From Peribolospora baueri (taxonomy: Eukaryota), in NCBI GenBank assembly GCA_029717555.1, contig JAMDHS010000122.1, forward strand, positions 1 through 51,238: a stretch of 51,238 bases of DNA, given 5' to 3'. Below the pieces are notes generated by a model. The model did not search any database, had not been told where the DNA came from, and saw only the letters and a program-made list of their open reading frames with translations. Shown piece by piece: positions 11,057-21,168 of this stretch. The translations under genes were made by a program, and so were the position numbers. Every line of letters begins with the position of its first letter. Position 1 is the stretch's first letter.

Positions 11057-11930
11057 TCACTCGACGCCAAGTCTGCCCAACCTCGCCCTGGCAATCTTCC
11101 ACACCTCGCGCGCGTCCCTGTCTAACTCCCTCTTCCACGCCGTGCTCCCTACCTCGTTCTCGTTCTCGTTCTCCGTGCTGCTGCCGCCGCTAGCGAGCCT
11201 CCGGCCTTCGGCAACGACGGCCTCGAACTCTGGCACGAGCTCGGCGCGAGATCGGCCGTTGACAAAGGTGATGTAGCGGAGGGAAGGGTAAACTCGTTCG
11301 TAGGACGCGTTGAGCTGTTCGAAGCCTGTGGCGCGGGCGGGGTGTGTGTGCGGCGGAGAGGGAGACAAAGGAGCAAAGGCATTATTAAAAAAAAAAAAAA
11401 AAAAAAAAAAAGGTGAGCTCCGCCGAGCGCAGGCAGACTCTACGAAGGGGGCCGAGCCCGACCGACCGTCGGTTGAGAAAAAAAAAGAAAACCGAGGCGA
11501 AGAAGGAGGAAGGCTTGGAACGGAAAGCGAATAGCGAATAGAAAAAAAAAGAAAAGGAAACGAAGAAAGAAAGAAACGCACGGGTCAAGACCTCGTCGGA
11601 CGCGTTGCCTTTCTGCTCCGCGGCGCTCATACCCTTGAGCGCCTCAGGCGCCCTCTCGCCAATCCTAGGATGGCCGCTCACAAACTCGGCCCTCTCCTCG
11701 TCCGCCCACCGGCCCACCTCGTCCTCGCAGGCGTCGATCAACGCCGCATACGAGCGGGGCGCCGTCTCGGGGCGGACCGAGAAGCGCTGGCGGAGGGGTG
11801 GAACGAGGCGTTCGAGGGATACGGGAGAGGCGGAGAGGAGGAGGGAGAGGATGTGGGAGAGTTGGATGGGGGGGAGGGTGGGGAGCTGCGATGGCGGCGG
11901 AAGGGTATTGGCGGTGGTTGAGGTGGACAT
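11057..11930 (-). CDS. OHCU decarboxylase family protein (urate degradation); 2 exons
   Basis: FVSGHPRIGE...MSAAEQ...|FEQLNASYERVYPSLRYITFVNGRSRAEL...ELDR...VWKIARARL carry the HPRIG, SxxEQ, LNxxYExxF and IAxxRL motifs of OHCU decarboxylases. Confidence 0.88.
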
Positions 11931-12777
11931 GGTGTAAAGCGATGTGGGTAATGTGGGTAATGGAGAGACCAACGGTGATCGACAGGGCGGGTCATCGGCG
12001 AGCTGCAACGCCCGCCACCGCGCGCCCATTAACACCTCTCCCCCCTCCACCCGCATGGCAACGTCGACAACCGTTGGAGTAAACGTCCTTTCAAGTTACT
12101 CTAGCTACTACTGCCAAGGTCTCGCGACTACTACTACTGCTACTGCTACTACTGCTACTACGACGACGACGTACATGGGCCGGCGGGAGAGTGTCGCCCG
12201 TCAGCCCCTAGAAGGAAAACGATGACACGACGTGGATGGATGTGTTTAGTGTACAAGCCGCCGGTCCAGCCCAGGGACCGGGACGGCGATGAGGTTGCAA
12301 TTGGGACCGGAGAGAAAGAAGAGAGGCAGAGGAGGAAGGGAAGGTGGTACGACGATGACGGCTCAAAGGGGCGCTGTCAAACGCGTGGCGCAGTATTGGC
12401 GGCGGCACGCGAGGGAGAGAGGTGAAGGTGCCCGGCGTCGGCATCCGGGCCACGCAACAACCTCGCAACTCCCTGCTACGACCGTCCAGCGCAGCCGACT
12501 GTTCGAGTGTCAGCGACGGGTGCGGGTCGACGTGGGCCGGAGCGAGATGCGACGGCGCAAGATGACGGCGGCGATCGGTACATCCAACGCCGGCTCATAG
12601 GTGTACGGCGAGCAGACGAGGCGATCGCAGGCCCGAAATAAACTTTTGAGGATGCAATGCGGCAGACATCAGTGTGGGAGGGAAAGAGAATGACCTGACG
12701 GAACGGGTCAGGGCCCAACGCGAGCGGCCGCGCCGCACACGGGGGACCCGGTTTGCGTCGAAGTGCGAGGGTCCATT

Positions 12778-14064
12778 TTAAGGCTTGCGGAACTCGGACA
12801 AGACGGGGTATATGGAGTTGAATGCTGCGTAGATCTCTTCGCGGACCTGGGAGGGGAGGGAGCACGGGAGGATGAGCACGGCTGTCGTGGGTTGGGGGGG
12901 AAGGGGGGTGCGGAAAGGGAAAAAGCGCGCGACGAGCACCACGGGACGACGCCCACCTTGGCGCCCGTAAGAACGATCTTGCCAGACACAAAGATGAGCA
13001 ACACGACTTTTGGTTTAACCATTCGATAGATCAGGCCAGGGAAAAGCTGTAGGACGAGGGAAACGAGGGCGGCATGAAAGAGCACGGTTAGGTGGCGGAA
13101 GCGTAAGCGAGCGGGACGGGCCGCCAGCCGCGGCGGCCGGGGCGGGTATACCCACCTCGGGCTCGTAGGAACTAAAGTGGCCGTGGCTGTACGCGAGACC
13201 CTCCAAGCGGATGGGGAACTTGACGTCGCACGAGCCGACAATGTTCTGGATTTTGAACTCCTGGAACTTGGCGTCGAAGCCAAGCTTTTGGATGATGCGG
13301 GCGTACTTGCGCGACGCCAGACGCGAATCGTCCTCCGACTTGGCACCGGTGACCACCATCTTGCCAGAAGCGAAGATCAGCGCCGTCGTCTTTGGCTCGC
13401 GAATGCGCATGATGACAGCGGCGAAACGCTGAGACACGGGCAAGGTAAAAAGGTTCAACACACGTGCGGAGGTGGCGGACACGAGGACGACCCGCGAGAG
13501 AGAACGACGCCATGGAGGGCGGCGAGATGATCACCTTTGGGTTATACTCGGCGTTGCGGGCATGCAAAGCGATCGTCTTGAGATCCAGCCTGCAATCCAA
13601 GTTTACCGTGGCGACGATGTTCCTACGATTGCAAGAAGAGGTGCAGGCCACAACGAAAAGAGAAAAAGAGAGAATTCGGACGACGACAGTTGAAGCGAAC
13701 GGGCCCGACGGGAAGAGGGGAAAGGAAAAGGTCGAACGGAACCACAGAATGCATCACGCACGAGCGAGGCATCTGATCGCCAGGTCGACACTCGACCGAT
13801 GCTCGATACTCACTGCAAAGTCGGCACGATGCCATGAACGGTGGTGAGCCCCTGCTCTGCGCTCGAGCCCAGGGTGCCAGGGACGGCGGCGGCGGTGGCG
13901 GCGGCGGCGGCGGCGGCCTTGGAAGAAGCATCTACGGGGACGGGGGGAGGCCCCATGGAGCCGGGCGCAGAGGCCTTGAGGCCAGCCGTGGAACCGTTCG
14001 CCGTCGTCGTCGCCACCGCCGAGTTACTCGTGCCTGTCTGACCGGGGAGCGCGATGCCATTCAT
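12778..14064 (-). CDS. SPT15: TATA-binding protein; 5 exons
   Basis: [87 protein letters not shown]...[57 protein letters not shown] is the canonical TBP core. Confidence 0.99.
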
Positions 14065-14295
14065 GGTATCGTGCTGAAAATGCGTGCGAGGGTGCGCGAA
14101 AGGGGACGGGACGGAGACAGGTAACGGACAGAACAGGAGGAAGGGCGGGTGAGAAGGGAAGGGCCAATACGAACGGCGGTGCCAAACGGGTGTGGATGGA
14201 TGAGACGGTGGCGGGAACGACGACGACGCGGTCTGACTGCGGTAAGGTGCGAGGGAGGGGGAGGGGGGAAAATCGGGCGGCGCGAGGTCCGGTCC

Positions 14296-14302
14296 TTATA
14301 TA
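14296..14302 (-). promoter_or_regulatory. Candidate TATA box of the TBP gene
   Basis: TATATAA on the minus strand ~235 bp upstream of the TBP ATG, in otherwise GC-rich sequence. Confidence 0.45.
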
Positions 14303-15042
14303 GCCACAAACATGGGTGCTGCGGCACGCCACCCGGCCGCCCTTCCCTTTTTTCACGACGCGTCGTGATGTGCGTCTATGGCCGTCTATGGCCGCACCGT
14401 CGGGCGTCGTCTTGCTGGGGTCGGGAGTGAGACCGTGGGCCGACCCAGGGGAGAGCGACAGCGACAGCTGGAGATGGAGTCGGGTCGGACGAAGGTCAGA
14501 GAGGCAACCAACGTCGAAGTGTGACGAAAAGGCGAAACGGAAAGAGGAGCCAGGAGCCGGATTGGGCTGGCGGATGCGGGCCGGGCCGCCCTCACGACGC
14601 CTCTGTTCTTTTTTCGTGTTAAGTAGATCACGTGAGGAAAGGCGAGTGAAAAAGTAGACGTTGGTAAAACCTAGACCGGCGTGCCGCCTCGTCCGGTCGT
14701 TCTCCCTTCCCTTCCCTTCTCGCGCGTCCGGGTCGGTTCGACGGCCGGGGGGGACGCAACCGTGTGGACACGACGCGAGAAGAAGAAAAGGGAAAAAGAA
14801 GAATAGAGAGGACGCAACCGGTCCATCCCATCCCATCCCAGCCGTGTTCTGTTGTTTGCGCTGTGCGCTATGCAGGCCGATAAGCTGATAAGCGCCTCGG
14901 TCGATCAAGAAACTGCCGGTGGGCCGTTGCTAAACAAATGAAACAGACAGGAGGGGAACACGCGAGCGGCGAGAGATAATTTAAATGCAGCGAGCGGGGG
15001 ACGAATCGGATGTACATACACATTCATCCCTCGTCCATCCCT

Positions 15043-17934
15043 TCACACCACCCAAGGCCCCTGCCCAAACGTGGGCGAGAAGGAGGGCAGGACCCCCACC
15101 GTCGGCGGGGCGCCTCCTCCTCCTTCTTCTTCTTCTTCTCGTCCTTCTCGTCCGTCTCCTTTCTTTCCCACATGCAGCCGCTGTCGTTCCAGTTGGAGCA
15201 CCTTTTTGTGCGACGCCTTCCCGCGCTCACCCGGTGAGTCCGTCTCACTCCGCGCCGCATGCGCGTCGGCAAACGGACTGGCGGCGCCGGCGGTGAGGAC
15301 GGTGCGATCGCTGTCTGCGCTCCACCTAGCCTCCTCGCTTGCGTGCCCGTCGCCGAGGTGGTGGTGCCGCCCCGGCGCAGGAACGGATGCACCAGGGAAA
15401 GGGAAGACAGAGGAAGCCGAATCGACGCTCGGGCGTCCTCCGCTGGCCGAGTCGGCGTGGGAGAGGGAGGGTGAGTGGGAGGAGAGGTCGAAGACGAGGG
15501 GAATGGAGAGCGCCGGTGACTTGAGCGGCTCTGCGTACTCCTCTTCTTCCCCTCGGCCTTGGCTTTGGCTTTGGCTTTTGGTCAAAGGAAGGGCAGCGGG
15601 ACGATGTCGTGCGGGTACGGGCGCGCCGCGCTCAGGACCGGGACGAAGACGGTGTAAGCTGGCGTCCCCGTCTTCGCCCCCATCCCCGTCTCCGCGGCAC
15701 GACGACGGCGCAGGGGTCACGCACACTGGATGATCCTCCAACGGCCCGTCGTGCTTTTCCATCCTCATCGGATGGTGGCCGTGACCGTCAACGAGCGTCC
15801 GATTGCTGCTCCTTCTCCTCCACTCCTGCACGCTCTCCGACGACCAGAGAAGGCGGTCGTCGCGATCCTCCTCGCCATCCGCGTCCAGCGCGTGTCCAGT
15901 TGCAGTTGCAGTCGCAGTTGCAGTCGCAGCCGAAATCGGAGCGGAACGGCCAGGAGGGGAATGTCTCATTAGAGCGGGAGCGAACACCGAGTTCTGGTCC
16001 TGGCCGGACGCGAGGGCAGGCGTGGACGGGCTGGTAACATCGCTCGGGACTCCCCAAGCGGACGCGGAAGGGGCGGGGGAAGAAGGAGAAGGGGAAGACG
16101 ATGATGGTGACGGCAACGGCGATGAACGTGGCCACCTCCCGCCGCCCCCCGCGTTCGTCGAAGGATGAGGATGCATGGGCGCGGCCGGACCCCTGGCCGT
16201 GCCAGGCCGAGAGAACTCGGGCGACGACGGTGGAGAGGGACGACGAGGGTACCGAGGGGTAGCGGGAGGGGAACGCGATCCGGCGGACTGAGGCGTCGGC
16301 ATTGGCGTCGGTGTTGGTGTCGGCATCGGGTGTAGGGGAAGATGGAGATGGGCTCGTTGCGAGAGAGAGCGACGGGGTTGGGAAGATGCAAGCGGGTGAA
16401 GCGGGGTGTGGGAGGAGATGTAGCGGCGCTCGAATGGCGCTGTAGAGGGTCTGTCGCCGCGGGTGCGGCGGGTGTGCGGGTGCGAGTGTACGTGTGGGTG
16501 CAAGGGCGTGTGTGGGTGCAAGTACGAGTGGGGATGCGTGTACGAGTGCGGGTGGGTGTACGAATGTGGGCACATGTACGAGTGTGGGTGCGGGTGCGAG
16601 TGCGAGTACGAGTCTGGATGCGGGTGCGGGTGCATGTGCGTGTACGAGTAAGTGTGCGTGTAAGTGTGTGGGTGCGGGTGCGGGTCACAAGGGCACATGA
16701 GCGCCGGGGGAAGCTCCTCTCCATTGTGCCGGGCAATCTCGTCGACGGTGTGCATGGGATCGTGCAAGGACTGAAACGGGACCCAAAGCCGGCTACCGCT
16801 CCTCCTCCTTGTCCTTTCCCTTCCCCGCCGCTGATCGTCGTCGAAGGAGACGGGTGCAGGTGCGGGTGCGGTGCAAGGTCTGCCGAGCGAGAGGGGGTGC
16901 GAAAACGACAAAGCGGATGGCGCAGGTGCGGGGTGAAAGGAGGGTGAAGAAGGCCGGTGAGCGGTGGAGGAGCGGTCCACGACGCTTCTTCGCCTCTCTT
17001 CCATGCCGTACAGGCCGAGCGACGAGCGGTGCCGGGTGGTGGGATCGAAATGAGGATAGGCGTAAGAAGGGACGGCGTCGGACGTCTGCGGGCGTCGCCG
17101 ATAAGTGGACGGCGAGTACGGAGGGACGGTGAGGCCAAAGCCATCGCCGCGACCGCCGGCCGTCGCTGTCGCAGTCTGTCGTTCGCGCGACTTGCCGAGC
17201 CGCCGAGCAGAGGACGACCGCTCCGGGAGGGCGATGTAGGCGTCCTCTGCGGCAGGGGAGGGAAGCGCGGTCGCGCGGGGCGTGATGGGAGTGTAGGCCG
17301 AGGCCGAGGTGGAGGACGAAGGCGGGCTCGCCTTGCCGGCGCCGGCGTCCGCCAAGGAGACTGGACCAAACTTGACCTCGTCGCTGTGCAGGGGCGAGCG
17401 CGGGCCATGGTCGTCTCGAGCCAGGTCGCCGGGTGGCACGGCGGCGACGGGCGGGGCGAGGGTGCGCATGACCTGCGTGACGTAAAAAGGCGCGCTCCGG
17501 CCGCCGGCGGCGCCCTGGCCTTGGAGGTAGGTCAAGCGTGCGGACTCCTGTTTTCGGAAGCGCTTGCGACCAAAAAAGGCGAGAAGAAGGATAGCGAAGA
17601 GGACGAGGGAGGCGGTGACGACGGAGACGATGGCGCTCCTGGGCACGACGGACTGCGTGGGCGGACCGGAAGAGGAAGAGGGATAGATGGAGGGGAAGGG
17701 GAGAGAGGTGGGCGTGAGTGGTGCCGAGGTGGGAGAGTCGTAGGCGGTGGAGAGAGAGGGACGGGCGAAGAAGGCCGAGAAGGGTTTGCCCAGATCGGCC
17801 GGAGTGGCCAGGCGGGGTCCGAGGAGACGGAGAGAAGCGGTCGGCGTCGAGAAGGCGGTCGCACGCGAGGCGAAGAGGGCCGAGTCGAGGGTGAGCGTCG
17901 AAGGGGAGGAAGAAGGACAAGCGAGAGGCGCCAT
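15043..17934 (-). CDS. Hypothetical single-pass membrane protein (963 aa) with long disordered tail and alternating-His tract
   Basis: Uninterrupted 2.9-kb ORF. Ser/Thr/Pro-rich N-terminus, TM helix AIVSVVTASLVLFAILLLAFF followed by basic GRKRFRK (positive-inside), then a low-complexity tail. Confidence 0.7.
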   Translation of the reverse strand: MAPLACPSSSPSTLTLDSALFASRATAFSTPTASLRLLGPRLATPADLGKPFSAFFARPSLSTAYDSPTSAPLTPTSLPFPSIYPSSSSGPPTQSVVPRSAIVSVVTASLVLFAILLLAFFGRKRFRKQESARLTYLQGQGAAGGRSAPFYVTQVMRTLAPPVAAVPPGDLARDDHGPRSPLHSDEVKFGPVSLADAGAGKASPPSSSTSASAYTPITPRATALPSPAAEDAYIALPERSSSARRLGKSRERQTATATAGGRGDGFGLTVPPYSPSTYRRRPQTSDAVPSYAYPHFDPTTRHRSSLGLYGMEERRRSVVDRSSTAHRPSSPSFHPAPAPSALSFSHPLSLGRPCTAPAPAPVSFDDDQRRGRERTRRRSGSRLWVPFQSLHDPMHTVDEIARHNGEELPPALMCPCDPHPHPHTYTHTYSYTHMHPHPHPDSYSHSHPHPHSYMCPHSYTHPHSYTHPHSYLHPHTPLHPHVHSHPHTRRTRGDRPSTAPFERRYISSHTPLHPLASSQPRRSLSQRAHLHLPLHPMPTPTPTPMPTPQSAGSRSPPATPRYPRRPSPPSSPEFSRPGTARGPAAPMHPHPSTNAGGGGRWPRSSPLPSPSSSSPSPSSPAPSASAWGVPSDVTSPSTPALASGQDQNSVFAPALMRHSPPGRSAPISAATATATATATGHALDADGEEDRDDRLLWSSESVQEWRRRSSNRTLVDGHGHHPMRMEKHDGPLEDHPVCVTPAPSSCRGDGDGGEDGDASLHRLRPGPERGAPVPARHRPAALPLTKSQSQSQGRGEEEEYAEPLKSPALSIPLVFDLSSHSPSLSHADSASGGRPSVDSASSVFPFPGASVPAPGRHHHLGDGHASEEARWSADSDRTVLTAGAASPFADAHAARSETDSPGERGKASHKKVLQLERQRLHVGKKGDGREGREEEEEGGGGAPPTVGVLPSFSPTFGQGPWVV
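16478..16688 (-). repeat. Coding degenerate hexamer/18-mer repeat encoding (H-X)n
   Basis: gtgcgg/gtgtgg/tacgagtg-type units on +; the minus frame gives PHPHPHTYTHTYSYTHMHPHPHPDSYSHSHPHPHSYMCPHSYTHPHSYTHPHSYLHPHTPLHPHVHSHPHT. Confidence 0.85.
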
Positions 17935-18447
17935 CTAGGGCAAGAAGGACGGGTGTAGCCAAGGAGCGTGGGGCAAAGGCGAGAGGGTATAAGGAGAGAG
18001 AAAGAGGAAGAGGAAGTGAGCGACATGGGGCGAGGCCTGCGGTGCGGCCCGAGCGGTGCGGTTTTGCGGTTGTGTGAAGGGGAGAGAGGATGGAAGGGGA
18101 AAGGTGGGGGGCGGGAGGAAGGATAGATAGAGGCGAGAGAGAGGTCGGTGGTTGGTTTCGTTTGCTCGCCTCGCCCACGCTCGCTCGTCTGGTCGGGCGT
18201 GGAGACGCAAGGTGGCTAGAAGGGGGAAAGGAAAAGGAGCGAGGGTGAGCAAGAGGAGGAGAAGCACCTCCAGGAGCACCTCATCTCATATCCCCGTCTC
18301 CGTATCGGCGCGAGCGAGTCGCGTCTACTACGATGGCAGCGTCGACCAACGAACGACCGGATCGACGATGTTGGCCGACCAACCAAAATCCATTATGGCC
18401 CGACGACGGACCCGCCACCGGAAGGTACGGGAATGGGGATGCAAGGG

Positions 18448-18499
18448 TGGCGTGGAGTAATTGTAAATCAGTTTGGCGTGGAGTAATTGTAAATCAGTT
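18448..18499. repeat. Perfect 26-bp tandem duplication
   Basis: tggcgtggagtaattgtaaatcagtt x2. Confidence 0.95.
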
Positions 18500-19687
18500 G
18501 CCGAGCGGGTGAGCGTGTCTGCGTCTGTGTCTGGGTCTGCGTCTGGGTTTGCACTGCATGGGATGCGATGCGACGCTTGCCATTCTCGCCTCTCCTTCCG
18601 GCACGACGGCGAGAGCGAGAGCGAGACCGAGACCGGCGTCCCTCGACTCGACGAGCGGCGATCGACGGCCTGTGCCGCAGCCACTCGCCGCAGCAACACG
18701 CGCACGCGCCCGCTCGCGACGGCGCGAGCGCGGAGAGGCCTCCGGGCGGCCAGCCAGTCATTTCAGTCAGTCAGTCAGTCAGTCAGTCAGCTTCTATCCG
18801 CCTGGCTCGTCCTGTGTCTGTGCCCGCAACATGTCACTTGCTCGTGCGTTGAGGCCGTTCATTATCGCTGACCCTCCTCGGCCCAGAGCGACGGGGCGAG
18901 ATAGACGGAGACAGAGACAAGGGGCAGAGAGGAAGAGAGCGACGGACGGACGGGACTGCCGCTTGCAACGCCATCTCCAATCGAGCGGCACGAGGATAGC
19001 TTCCTTCCACAAGATGACGTGCATCCATTAACCCACCCCCTTCCTCCTTCCTTCCTTCCTTCCTATCCGCCCCTGTCCCCGCCTCTTTCTCCCTCTCCCC
19101 TACCCCACCCCCTCTCACAATTCACCTCCGCATCAGATTCGATTCGCGCGAGGCGCGGCGGGGGAGTAAGGCAAGGCAAGGGGCCGCAAGGGCATGGTTC
19201 GCGATAGATGGATGGATGGCCCGTGCGCCTCCCTCCCTCTCCTCTCCCCTGCCCCGTCTTTGTCTTTGTCTTTGTCTCTCCGCGCCATGTCGACGTATCA
19301 ATCACAGAAAGCTCGTGGACGATTCCAGGTCCAAGCAACAGAAGCGGAAGCAGGAAGAAGAAACCGGGGTAGGAAAGGGAATACTACGACTACAGAGAGG
19401 GAGAGATGGGATGCGGGCTGCAGAGAAAAAGAAGAAAGATAGTGTGGTACGGAAAACGGTAAAGGGACGGGACAGGACGGGCGTGAATAAGAAACGGAGG
19501 AGGCCCCGGACCGGCCGGACGAGCAAACGAACGAACGAACGAAAACCGGAGAAATTATAAAATAGCCGAGGAGAACGGGTCCACGAAACGGCCGGCCGGT
19601 GCGGCGCTTCTAATCGCTTATCCCAGAAAACTCCATCCCATCCACCACTGATGCCCCTCCCCTCCGTCCAACAGCGCCCGCCGCCGT

Positions 19688-20787
19688 TCACCTGGCGTGC
19701 TCGGGGAGGGAGATTCCGGCGACGCCGATGCCTCTCGGGCCGAATTTCTGTGTAAGTCGTCGGTGACAGCGTCAGCCTTCGGTTCTTCGTCCTCCTTCTA
19801 CTTAATCCTCCTCCTCCACCGCCCGCTCACCTTGGCATAGCACATTTTGCACCCCACCCACCCTGGCCCTTCCGTCAGCGTCCGGCTGTCCAACGTCGTC
19901 CCGCACTCCTCGCACCTCAAACAACCCCGGTGCCACTTGGCCCCCGCAGCCATCTTTTGCTCCGCAAAGTACACCGGCTTCTGGCACCGCGCGCACAGCG
20001 GCGTCCCTGAAGGGCTCACACCCGAGGCGATCCGCGACGCCGACGCGGAGAGCGGGGAAGAGAGACTCGAAGACTGGCTCGCCGAGCCTACGGACGAGCC
20101 TGTGGTCTGCGAGCTCAGCGGCCGCGGAGGCGAGCTCGTACTGCTGGCGCCTACCAGGCCAATCGACGGCACGGGCGTGGGCGTCGTGGAGCCCGAGTTT
20201 GCGCGCTTTGGCGATGGGTTTAATGGCACGGCCGTGCCAAACTCTGTGTCCGTCCGAATCGGAGAGGGAGAGCAAGAAACACACAGAGAGAGATTAGATT
20301 ACGCGGGCGGGCGGAGCGACGGGACGAAAGCGAAAGCGTCTACTCACGTCCTTGTCCGAGCTGGTTCTTGTGACAATGCCTACAGAACGCTTCGCCATCA
20401 TGCTATATCGTTCGTTCGCCAGGGGGCCCGTGCCAGACCCATAGTCAGCACAGCGGAAGAGGGGCAGATGAATGGACGTCCGGAGCGACGGCAGATGACA
20501 TCGACGTCCTGAACGACCGCAGACGCCCCCACTCACCTCGAGCAGCAGCGTCGAGTCGAGTCGTTTGTTGCACGACACGCACGTCAGGCACGGTTTGTGG
20601 TACGCTCGGCCGGCCGGACCGATGACCTGCGGCGAGAGAGAAGGGGAATCGAGCGACGTCAGTCCATGCCATGCGTGCCACGCTGGGCAAACAACCATGT
20701 CGCGCGACTCGCCTGCTCGGCCATGTACACGCTCTTGTCGCATCGCGCGCACTTTGGCGCCTGCACTCCGAACTGGCGCGGCGGCAT
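19688..20787 (-). CDS. Two-LIM-domain cysteine/glycine-rich protein (CRP/CSRP-like); 5 exons
   Basis: MPPRQFGVQAPKCARCDKSVYMAEQ|VIGPAGRAYHKPCLTCVSCNKRLDSTLLLE|HDGEAFCRHCHKNQLGQG|...CARCQKPVYFAEQKMAAGAKWHRGCLRCEECGTTLDS...GCKMCYAK|KFGPRGIG. Two complete LIM Zn-ligand patterns plus the CRP-type FGPxG motif. Confidence 0.93.
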
Positions 20788-21168
20788 CCAGCCCTCAACG
20801 ATCGGGAGGGCGCTCGTAGACGAGGCGAGAATGCGGTGCTGGCGGCGAGGGAGGAGACCAAGTTTCGCTTCGCTTCGTGGCGGATGGGGCGAGGTGAGTG
20901 GGATGATGTGGGTGCTGTACGGGTGATGGACGTCCGGTGGCTAACAGTGTGAGCGATGGACGGTCGGCGATGGTGAGCGTTGTCTCTATGGCGGCGGCGC
21001 CGGCTGATCAGGAGCCGGGCTGTGCGGAGACAAGAGAGAAATTCGCGCGATCGACCCGACCGGCCGACGACCGGCGGCAGTTTGCAAGAGCACGTGCTCG
21101 ACCGATGATCTCTTGCTCGGCTTCCTGTCACATCGAGAGGACAAATGGAAGGGAGAAAGACATCACAC

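Noticed and set aside
12128..12172. CTA/CTG/CGA microsatellite; similar simple repeats at ~18764 (CAGT)n and ~49952 (GAC)n
   Set aside because: Ordinary simple-sequence repeats with no evidence of special function.
15969..18178. Long overlapping ORFs (479, 333 and 461 aa; RV/RT dipeptide repeats)
   Set aside because: Alternative-frame shadows of the GC-rich, repeat-containing 963-aa ORF.
17935..18279. Leu-rich LLEVLLLLLLTLAPF as an upstream signal peptide for the 963-aa protein
   Set aside because: Starts at GTG rather than ATG, ends in a stop just before 17934, and reflects a CT-rich 5' leader.
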